A stretch of 64,000 nt of DNA. It comes from Azolla caroliniana. Lineage: Eukaryota > Plantae > Polypodiophyta. The position numbers were made by a program, and so were the translations under genes. The stretch lies in the NCBI GenBank assembly GCA_043228905.1, contig JBHGNT010000008.1, positions 5,580,001 through 5,644,000 on the forward strand, in the 5' to 3' direction. Every line of letters starts with the position of its first letter. Position 1 is the stretch's first letter. Below, one piece after another: positions 27,533 to 38,600 of the stretch. A model generated the notes under the pieces. That model had not been told where the DNA came from, made no database searches, and saw only the letters and a list, made by a program, of their open reading frames with translations.

Positions 27533-27592
27533 TGTCAGTACTAATTCTCTGTTTAGTACTAATCCTCTCTCTGTTTAGTACTATTCTTGATA
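27533..27592. mobile_element. 60-bp micro-insertion with LTR-like ends in element A gag
   Basis: TGTCA...TGATA ends; TSD ccggc at 27528-27532 and 27593-27597; removing it puts upstream gag back in frame with the CWYCGKKGHRESEC knuckle. Confidence 0.8.
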
Positions 27593-30223
27593 CCGGCAAG
27601 ACCAATAACAAAGGCACAGAGAACGTGCCGACAACAGTTTCGGACCCTTTGGGAGCAGGGGGAGTCATGGCGGCACCGGAAGACGGCAAGAGAAGACTGC
27701 TACGGAATGCTGGTACTGTGGCAAAAAGGGCCATAGAGAAAGCGAGTGCTAGAGAAAACCCTACGGCAAGGTTGGCAAGGATGGCCGACAAAGCTCGCAC
27801 TACGCGAAGGGATCAGGAGGATCCAAGAACGGTAACGGGCCAGCCTTGGTGATGAAGCACGAGGCGAACTCGATGAAGAAGACCACTTCCAAATCGGAGG
27901 AAGTGTGGTATGTTGATTCTGGTGCGTCAAACCACATGACGAGCCACAAAGAGTGGTTCTCCGTTTTGGAGAAACCGGATCAACCAGGAGTAGTCGAAAC
28001 CGGAGACGACACTCCTCACCCAATCGTGCACATCGGAGAAGTCCCTTTAAGCCACGTCGGAAAGAAAGGGAAGCTAATGAACATATTACACGTTCCGACA
28101 ATCACGAAGAACCTGGTGTTGGTCGAACAGATCGTCGACCGAGGGATGCAGGTGCAATTTACGCACCTTGGGTGCTTCATCGAGGAAGAGGGCCAAATTA
28201 TTGCGCAAGGGCGCAGAGACGGGAGGATGTTTATCCTCGACACCAATGACATCGGCACCGCTTTGTTTGCAAAAGGACAGAAGGTCAAATCGGACATCAA
28301 CCTATGGCACAAGTGGATAGGCCATGTCAATTACCGGAGGCTTCAAGACCTGCAAACGAAACAAGTTGTTTTTGGTTTGCCGAAGTTCAGCAGCCGGAAG
28401 GCACAAGTATGTGAAGCCTGCCAACTCAGGAAGCAACACTGGCTTCCATTCCCTACCGAACGTAACTGGAGCCGTAACAAGCTCGAACTTATCCATTTGG
28501 ATGTGTGGGGACCGTCACAGAATGTTAGTCTTGGCGGGAGTCGATATTTCGTCTCCTTCATCGACGACTATACGCGACACACATGGATCTACCTCATTGA
28601 GCGGAAGAGTGAAGTCTTTGAGTGTTTCCAGAGTCTCCAAAGCATGGTGGAACTGGAATCGGAGAGGAAGATCAAATGCCTGCGGTCGGATGGCGGAAAA
28701 GAATACTTTTCCGGCCAAGTCAACAGTTATCTGCAGCAAAAGGGAATTCGGCGAGAGTTCAGCTGCAGATACACACTGCAACAGAACGGTGTTGCCGAAA
28801 GGAAGAACCGGTTGCTTATTGATGCGGCAAGGGCAATGCTGGAGGAGAAGAGCATGCCCAAATTCTACTAGGCGGAGGCAGTCCGAACAGTTGTCTACAT
28901 CCAGAACCGGATCGGTGACAAGGTGTCAGCTCACGAGTTGTATTTCGGGCGCAAGCCGAATTTGAGACACCTTAAGATCTTCAGTAGCATTGCATATGTG
29001 CATGTACCGGATGAGAAGCGGAGGAAGTTGGATGCAAAATCGGAAAAATGCATCCTAATCGGATATGCTCAAGAGAAAAAGGGTTATAAATGTTATAACC
29101 CCAGGACAAAGCAGGTCCGAGTTAGTCGAGATGTTGATTTCGATGAATTGGCATCATGGTACTCCTTACCGGCCCCGACCTCCGAATCCGACCCGATGCC
29201 AGATGATGAGGCTAGTGAGCCTGAACCGGCCCAGGTAGATGATGATGAAGCGTGGACTCAGGATGAGAGTCCGGAATCGTTTCGGTTGAGCATGCTGAAC
29301 GAGAGACTGAGTCAATATGACCAGTCCGATGAGGAACCGGCGAGTAGTGGAGACTCTGTCGTACTCTCCCCGCGCGAGGAACTGAGGAGATGGTTCACGC
29401 GCAAAGAGAAAGGGAAGAAAAAGATGTCGGAATTCAAAACCGGCAACGATGAGTCGGATCGGTGTGCATCCGACCCCGGCAAGGAGAAAGGCGGACCTTC
29501 GGCAACGAAGACCGAACCAGCCAAGAAAGGCCTTAAACCGGGCAACGGTGAGTTACGCCGGTCCACCCGCCAGAAGGATCCCGTCAAGCGGTACGAGTAC
29601 AATGAGTAGATGGCGCATCACTATGCGTACATGACTAAGGTGGCGGAAGTGCGTGAGCCGGGAACTACGCAGAAGCGGAAAAGGACACAAATTGGCGTAC
29701 CGCTATGGAGGAAGAAATGCGGGCATTTGATGTCAACGAGACATGGGACCTAGTTGACCCTCCCCGTCACTGTAAACTGATCGGATGCAAGTGGGTGTAC
29801 AAGGTAAAGTACAACGCAGTCGGTTCAGTTAACCGGTACAAGGCCCGGTTAGTGGCGAAGGGATACGCGTAGACCCACGGAATCGACTACGACGAGACCT
29901 TCGCTCCGGTCACGAGGATGACGACGGTTCGTGTGGTACTGGCGGTTGCTGCAGCAAGAGGGTGGCATCTTCACTAGATGGATGTGAAGAATGCGTTTCT
30001 TCAGGGTGATCTTGAAGAAGAAGTTTTTATGACTCAGCCCCAGGGTTTTCAATCGGAGATGAACAAGTCGGCGGTATGCCGGCTGAAGAAGTCGTTGTAC
30101 GGCCTAAAGCTAGCCCCTCGAGCTTGGAATGTGACGATCACACACCGGTTGCGTAAGATGGGGTTTGCGGCCTCCAAGTCCGACTCTTCATTGTTCATCC
30201 GGCAAGGCTCAGCCGGTCCGGTA

Positions 30224-33200
30224 TGTTGAGAAGCAAGCTCAACATGGTATGTGATGCTTATGAGAAATAAGCTATAGTAGCTATTTAGCTACTAGTGAAC
30301 AAAAAGGTAAAACAGCTATTTAGCTAGTGACAGCTAATTAGCTAGTGAACAACTATTTAGCGACTGATAGCTAATTAGCTACTGGCAGCTAATTAGCTGC
30401 ATGTGTAATAACTTATGACTTAGGTAAAAGTAAGTGAGAGTGAATAGGAAGTAAGTAGTAAGAAAAAACAGAGAATAGTGAGTAGAGAACTCTGAGAGAG
30501 TGTGAGAGACCAGAAGACTGACGAGAGCAAGTTGAGCTCTACATGTAGTAGAAGAAAACCATTTTGCTACTATAGAGGTAAGTCCCCTTTCCTTTCTCTG
30601 TCTGTTTAGAGCACGCTAACGATCCAGCACACTACGATCCGCCGCGCACATAAGAAGAGCTCGAGTGCCTTCTTCACGTTTTCTTAACATGGTATCAGAG
30701 CAGAGTTGCTCATAAAGAAGAGTACAAAAGTGCATAGATCTGAGAAAGGTATTTCTCTGTTTGCTGATCTGAATCAGAAAGTTACTTGTTGAAGTAATTG
30801 TAACAGAAAACCTAGTTTGGAAGAGATAATGGCTGCAGAGAATGCGGGCCAAATAGTTACAGAGAAACTAGATAAAAACAATTTCCCGGCGTGGAAATTT
30901 AGAATGACAAATTTCCTAATGGGGAAAGGATACTGGGATTACATTGAAGGAGACCTAGAAGAGGCTCCGGAGATCCCAGAAGAAAATGCCACAGCAGCAC
31001 AGATTAAAGCATTCAAAGATTGGAATCAAGGGGCAAGGAAGGTAATGCATTGGCTCTCACTTAGCATCTCAGATTCGATGCTTGGGCACATACAGGATGC
31101 TATGCTCCCAAAAGAAGCTTGGGACAGTTTGGTAAAACTGTTTGCAGTAAACACAAAAGCTAGAAAGCTACAGTTGAAGACTGAGCTAAATACCTTAGAA
31201 AAAGGTAAGATGTCAATAAATGAGTATGCCCTAAAAATCAAGAGCATATGTGAATCACTTGCTTCTATCAATGTAAAGATAGAAGATGATGATAAGGTAG
31301 AAATATGCTTGAGAGGCTTGGGACCCCAATACAAAAGCTTTAAAACCTCTATGCTTACAAGGGATAGTATCCCAAGTTTCTCAGATCTGGTTTCAATGCT
31401 TGTAGTAGAAGAAAGGAATCAGATGGATGATGTAAATAAAGGAAATCTTGAGAATGAGGGGCAAGCCCTATATAATAGTGCCGGAAGAGGCCGAGGAAGA
31501 GGCCATGGAAGATTTGGCTAAGCAAGAACCAACAATAATGGTTATCAAGGAAGAGGACAACAAACCATTAGAGGAAGAAACAACAACAGAGGCAGGGGGA
31601 GCAACCAAGGTAGAGGTAAGCAAACATATGTAAATGATGATGGCTGTTGGTATTGTGGAAAACCAGGCCACACACAGGCTGAATGTTAGAAGAAGCAAAA
31701 TGATGAGCAAAGAGGAAAGAGACAGCAGAATAACTATGCCCAAACTAGTGAAGATTGTGAAAAAGATGGTGCATTTGTGGTACAACATGAGATAGCAGCA
31801 GTGGCTGAAAGCTCACAGAAATGTAATGAAGAGTTTACATGGTATGTAGACTCGGGGGCATCTAACCATATGACTGGACATGCAAATTGGTTTGAGAGTT
31901 TAAGAGAACCAGAGGTTCCTGGTTATGTACAAACAGGTGATGACACAACTCACCAAATAAAACATGTTGGAGATATCCCATTGTGGGAAGAAAGAGGAAA
32001 AACCAAGTATATGTTGGATGTGATGCATGTTCCAAATCTTGCTAAGAATCTGATTTCTGTTGGACAGATAGTAGAGCAAGGTATGCAAGTAAAGTTTAAG
32101 CAAAGTGGATGCTATATAGAAAAGAATGGGAAGCTCATTGCAAAAGGGAAGAGACAAGGAAGAATGTTTATCTTGGATGTAGAAATGCCCAAACAGATTT
32201 CAGCCATGTTTGCAAATGGAACGAGTGTAATCTCAGATGTGGAAATGTGGCATAAAAGGATTGGCCATATAAGTATGCAAACATTAAAGAATATGTTGAG
32301 AAAAGATGCAGTGGCTGGACTGCCAAACTTGAAAAAGTGTGAAATGGGAAAGGTATGTGAAGCATGTCAATATGGTAAGCAAAACAGGTTGCCATTCCCT
32401 CATGAAAGACATGTAAGCAAAAATCTGTTGGATTTGGTACATACAGATGTATGGGGACCAACAAAGAATGCATCTATTGGTGGATGCAGATTTTATGTTA
32501 CATTTATTGATGATTGTTCACGGAAGACATGGGTGTACTTCATGAAGGAGAAAAGTGAAGTATTTGACTGTTTTCGTAAGTTTAAATGCATGGTAGAAAA
32601 GCAGGCTGGTACTAGGATAAAATGTTTGAGATCTGATGGAGGAGGAGAGTATTTCTCCAATGAATTTTCTGATTTTTTGCGTAATCAGGGAATAAGAAGA
32701 CAGTTCACATGCCGATATACTCCACAGCAAAATGGAGTTGCTGAGAGGAAAAACAGAACTTTGGTGAACATAGCAAGGGCAATGATGACTGAGAAGAACA
32801 TGCCATTATACTATTGGGCAGAAGCTGTAAATACAGCAAATTACATTTTAAATAGATGTATTACATCAGGAGTACATGAGGCAACTCCTGAAGAGTGTTT
32901 TTATGGCAGGAAGCCTAGCTTACAACACTTGAAAGTGTTTGGATGCCTTGCATATGTACATGTGCCTGCAGAAGTAAGAAGTAAGTTGGATCCAAAAGCA
33001 GAAAAATGTATCCTTGTTGGATATTCAGAAGAACAAAAAGGGTACAGATGTTATAACCCTGTGACTAAAAAGATTGTGACAAGTCGAGATGTGATATTTG
33101 ATGAGTTGGCTAGTTGGTACAACCTAAAACAGAATCTAGAGACTGATGAAGACTGTCAAAATGAAGACAAAGACAGATCAGAAAATGTAGAAGACTGTCA

Positions 33201-35660
33201 CAGAGATGGAGACAAGGTTGGACAGCAAAGTCCAACATCAACAGAATGTTCTGGACCATCAAAAAGCTCAGATGGTAAATCTGATTCAAATTCATGGAGT
33301 GGAAAAACTGGACAGAAAAAATCTGATGACAAAAAAGGAAAACAGAAAATGCCAGAGTATGAAATCCTGGATGACCTATCAAAAAACATGGAAGATGAAG
33401 ATTCAGATATGTCTTTGGATGATTTCCTTGGAATACAGGAAATGAAAATCCTTGGTATGGAAAAGGCAATAAAGAATGCAAATCAGAAACTGAGAAGATC
33501 AGATAGAGAGAAAAAGACTGTGGAAAGATTTGGGTATGATACATATATGGCTATGCACTATGCATATATGTCTAAGGTGGTACAGATCCCTGACCCAAAC
33601 AGCTTTGAAGAAGCAAAATCTGAGAAGAAATGGATGGATGCAATGCAAGAAGAGATTGATGCATTGGCTGAGAACAAAACGTGGGATTTAGTGAAGTTAC
33701 CAAAAGAGAAAAATGTGGTAGGCTGCAAATGGGTCTACAAGACAAAGCATGACTCCAATGGAAATGTAAGTAGACATAAAGCAAGATTGGTTGCAAAAGG
33801 ATATGCTCAGATGCAAGGGATTGATTATGATGAGACTTTTGCACCGGTTGCAAAGATGGCAACCCTGAGAACACTACTTGCTGTAGGAGCAGCCAGAAAA
33901 TGGATTTTGCATCACATGGATGTAAAAAATGCTTTTTTACATGGTAACTTGGAAGAAGAAGTGTATATGAGTCAACCACCAGGTTTTGAAGATAAGAAAC
34001 AACCTGATTATGTATGTAAGCTGAAAAAAGCTCTCTATGGACTGAAACAGGCACCAAGAGCATGGCACAGAGAACTTTCAGATTCTCTGAAAAATCTTGG
34101 TTTCAAAATGTCAAAAGCTGATCCTTCTTTGTATGTAAAAAGTGAAAATGATTGCATTGTTATTATTCTGATTTATGTAGATGATTTGATTATTGGAGGA
34201 GATTCCGTGGATGAAATAAGAAAGTTGAAAAAAAATCTGGAAATGCAGTTTCATATGAAAGATTTGGGAGATCTGAGATATTTTCTTGGTATTGAAATCA
34301 TCAAATCTGAAAGTGGTATATGTATGTTGCAAAAACAGTATGCAACAACTATGTTGAAAAAGTATGGTATGCTTGGATGCAAACCTATTGCTGTACCACT
34401 TGATAAAAACTGCAAGTTGAGGGCTGATTTGGGAGCCAAGATAGAAGATGTAAACATGTACAGGTCTATGGTGGGCAACCTTATTTATTTGACTATAACA
34501 AGACCTGATTTGAGCTATGCTGTTGGATTAGTCAGCCAATTTATGCAACAGCCAACAAAGCCACATTTGGACTGCATTAGAAGAATTCTGAGGTATGTAA
34601 AAGCTACTCAGAACTATGGATTGTTTTACAGGGCTGATTTGGACATAAATCTGGAAGGATATACAGATGCTGATTGGGCTGGAAGCCAAACAGACAGGAG
34701 ATCCACAAGTGGATATATCTTTACATTGGGAAGTGCAGGTATTTCATGGAGTAGCAAGAAACAGGCTACTGTTGCATTGTCTAGTACTGAAGCTGAGTAC
34801 AGAGGAGCTGCCATAACCACTTGTGAAGAGGTATGGATTAGAAGATTGCTTGCTAATTTGGGAGAGTATATAGACGGTACTGTCACAATCTGGTGTGACA
34901 ACATGAGCAGCATTCAACTTGCAAAGAACCCTGTGTTCCATGCAAGAACAAAGCACATTGAAGTGCATTATCACTTTGTTAGAGAAAAAGTGATTGAAGG
35001 AGAAGTTGATCTGGTGTATGTGAATACAAATCAGCAGGTTGCTGATATTCTCACAAAGGGATTGAGTGTGGAAAAGCATACACAGTTTCGGAACATGATG
35101 GGAGTTGTAAACATTGATGAGATGGCTAAAAAGCAAAATGGAAAAGAAGATTGAAGAGAACCTCAAGCAAGAATAAGTTGAGCTTGAGGGGGAGTGTTGA
35201 GAAGCAAGCTCAACATGGTATGTGATGCTTATGAGAAATAAGCTATAGTAGCTATTTAGCTACTAGTGAACAAAAAGGTAAAACAACTATTTAGCTAGTG
35301 ACAGCTAATTAGCTAGTGAACAGCTATTTAGCGACTGACAGCTAATTAGCTATTGGTAGCTAATTAGCTGCATGTGTAATAACTTATGACTTAGGTAAAA
35401 GTAAGTGAGAGTGAATTGGAAGTAAGTAGTAAGAAAAAACAGAGAATAGTGAGTAGAGAACTCTGAGAGAGTGTGAGAGACCAGAAGACTGACGAGAGCA
35501 AGTTGAGCTCTACATGTAATAGAAGAAAACCATTTTGCTACTATAGAGGTAAGTCCCCTTTCCTTTCTCTGTCTGTTTAGAGCACGCTAACGATCCAGCA
35601 CACTACGATCCGCCGCGCACATAAGAAGAGCTCGAGTGCCTTCTTCACGTTTTCTTAACA
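30224..35660 (+). mobile_element. Copia element B (young, full-length), inserted in the RT of element A
   Basis: TSD cggta at 30219-30223 and 35661-35665; 466-bp LTRs 30224-30689 and 35195-35660 (about 7 differences by eye); PBS at 30690; PPT before 35195. Confidence 0.96.
30829..35154 (+). pseudogene. Element B gag-pol, one reading frame broken by two stops (TAA 31519, TAG 31687)
   Basis: Gag, CCHC knuckle, PR (WYVDSGAS), GAG-pre, IN (HTDVWGP, SDGGGEY), RT (YVDD) and RH (TDADW) are all in the same frame. Confidence 0.92.
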
Positions 35661-38600
35661 CGGTATGTATCCTGCTGTATGTTGATGATTTAGTCATCAC
35701 CGGACCGGGTCAAGTTCCAATTGTCGGACGCATTTGAGAGGAAGGACCTGGGGGACCTTCATTATTTTCTTGGGATCGAGGTGATCCGAACCCCCGACGA
35801 CATATTACTCTCACAATGACATTACATCTTGAATATGTTGTACAAGTTCGGCATGACAAAATGCCAACCTATCTCCACACCCTTGGACTAGAACCAGAAA
35901 CTTCGTCCCAACTCCGGACCGGCTTGCAACAACAAACGGTTCCGAAAAATTGTTGGAAGCCTTATTTACTTGACTATCACGCGATCTGACATCAGCTATC
36001 TAGTCGGAATGATAAGCCAGTTCATGCAGAAGCCAACCGTGGAGCACCTTTAGTGCGCGCAGCGGATACTGCGATATGTAAGCGGCACGAAGGACCAAGG
36101 ACTGTTATACCGACGAGGTATAACCGCAGAGCTAGTCGGTTACACGGATGCCGACGGGGCCCACGATGTGTCGGATCGCAGATCCACTTCTGGTTTTATG
36201 TTTTCCCTTGGGAGCACAACTGTTGAGTGGAGCAGCAAAAAGCAGCCAACAGTGGCTCTATCAAGCACTGAGGCTGAGTACCGGGGCACAACCTTTGCAA
36301 CCTGCGAAGCCATTTGGCTTCGGCGACTGCTGCGAGACTTGCGGATCGAGGTACCAACCCTGATCCCGATTTATTGTGATAACATCAGCAGCATGCAGCT
36401 CGCAAAGAACCCTGTGTTCCATGCTCGCACGAAGCACATAGAAGTGCATTATCACTTTGTGCGTGAGCGGGTCCTGAGCGGTGAAGTTGAACTATGGTAT
36501 GTTCACACGGATCGGCAAGTTGCCGATATCTTCACCAAGCTGCTTGGATCGGGCAAGTTGCAACACTTTACCGACATGCTTGGTGTTCAGCATCTCGACG
36601 TGCCGCACTTGAGGGGGAGAAGAAGGGGCAAAGACACCGCCGGAACGGGCAAAGGCAAAGAGACTGTTGCCGACACCGGTAAGGGAAGAACCGGAAGAGG
36701 GGAAGACAAGGAGGCTGAAGAAGCCGAGGATGGAAGCAAGGCCAAGACCCGAACGTGGTCTGATGTGGTGAAGGGCCTTAAACCGAAAGACGAGTTGGAG
36801 GATACCGACTCGGACAAGAGCTGGAACGAATCAGGGACAACCAATTCGGACCAACAGATGGATCCGGATGAACTGAATCAACTGGAGGCCAAGCAGACAT
36901 GGATGCAGCAAAAGTCGATGCCATTGCGGAGGAACCGACAGATCGGCAAGCACCGGAGTCATAGTAGCGAAGGTGTTGAGAGGGGCCTATTGAGCAGACA
37001 TGCCGATTGAGAAGGTCGAGGCGCGCAGAACCAGAAGGGTCGTGGCAAACAGAACCGGACCGGACGAGGAGCGCGAGCAAGGCGGAGCGACGCCAGGAGA
37101 AGTCGGTTGGAAGAGCCGACTGCCATAGAGGCTGACACTAGGATCCAACCTCAAGTTGAGCTTGAGGGGGAGTGTTTAGCGGCAAGCTCAACTGGAGCCG
37201 GATCAACTGGATAAGCCTGAGCTAGTGAGCAAGACGGATCGGTAAGCCGGTGAGCAACCGAGCCGGCAAGCAACAGAGCTGGTGAGCTGGGGAGCCGGTT
37301 AGCCAGATCCAATCGGTAACCGGAAGCCTAGTATTAATTTAGACTACTAGGCAATTATAGTCTCGTAGTAAGTGTCAGATGCTCGTGTGAGCATTGAAGT
37401 ACGCGGTACTTTTGTCAGTCCCACGAGGACTTTTATAAATAGTGCTATTGAGCACAGTTGTAAGTGACATAGAGAGTGTGTTTTATATTTTTTTGAATAT
37501 AGCTTTTACGTTCTGCTCCCTCTCTGTCTCTCATGTGTACTCTGTGTATTCTCTGCTTTGTCTGTTTTCTAATGCTTCCGCAAGTAATTGTTTACAGATA
37601 CAAAGTGGAAGGACTCGGCCTTTTATGCCAACAAGCTCACCTGTAAAAGCACTACTCTTTCTATATATGATTGTTTGGGGCCATCTCCCCCATAAACCTA
37701 GATTACATTTTAATCTAAAGTTATGGTTATAAATCAGTTGGCATATAGCCGAGTCAACAAAGATAAAGTTGGTATCTAGCCTGATTCGGCTAGTCATCCA
37801 GGTCAGCTTGTCTAAGTCGGTCAGATCAACTTAGCTTCAGCTCCTTGTTAATCTTTCTTCTGCTCTACCGTTTGTCGTAGTCCTATCTGTGTCCTTAGTG
37901 CTCCAAAGCGTTGATTTGGGAGTGGCTTCGTCAAGCAATTGGCGATGTTCACCTCGGTGTCGATCTTCCAGACTTCGAGCTTTTTCTCGGTCACTAGTTC
38001 CCGGATATGATGATACCGCACCTCAATATGCTTTTTCTTCGCATGATAGACAAGATTATTAATGACTCAGTGTATCACGCTCTGTGAGTTGAAGTAGATA
38101 GTTGGTGTTGGTCGGTCGATTCGATTGTCATCGAGAAATCGTCTGACAATCAGTGCAAGCAGATGGCTTCCTTCACTGCTTCTGATGTTGCTATGTACTC
38201 TACCTCTGTGGTAGATAGAGCTATGCACTTTTGTATCTTCAACCTCCATAATATGGCATCGCCACCATAGGTGAAGATGTAGCTTGATGTTGACTTCCGA
38301 TTGTCTAAATTCCCGGCATAGTCGGAGTCGGTGTAGCCTTCGACTTTGGTTGGGTTTGCCGACCCAAAAATCAGTTGTGCATCCTCGGTCCCTTTTAGGT
38401 ACCTGAAGATGTGCTTGACAGCCTCCCAATGCTTCCGTCCTAGGTTTGACATGTGGTGGCTAACGACCCCTATGACATAGGCAAGGTGAGGTCGGTCGCC
38501 ACCATCGCGTACATAATACTTTCTACAACAGATACATAGGGTATCTTCCTATTGAGCTCTCTCTCCTTGTCAGTTGAAGGAGAGACTCTGTCTGATAGTC

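Larger units (their letters stand above)
26330..37596 (+). mobile_element. Copia element A (degenerate, full-length), inserted into the 3' LTR of element C
   Basis: TSD gatac at 26325-26329 and 37597-37601; LTRs 26330-26761 and 37173-37596; PBS tggtatcagagc at 26762; PPT gagggggag; gag/PR (WYVDSGAS)/IN/RT/RH in ORF fragments. Confidence 0.93.

Noticed and set aside
27349-27852. Apparent transmembrane/env-like segment LSVLILCLVLILSLFSTIL in Copia gag
   Set aside because: It is the translation of the 60-bp insertion, which also shifts the frame.
30241-30250. AACATGGTAT near the start of the element B LTR, resembling an LTR end plus PBS
   Set aside because: Only 6 nt of PBS; present in both LTRs; the TSD and real PBS define the boundaries elsewhere.
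32168-35166. Antisense ORFs over retrotransposon pol genes
   Set aside because: Shadow frames with no recognisable domains.
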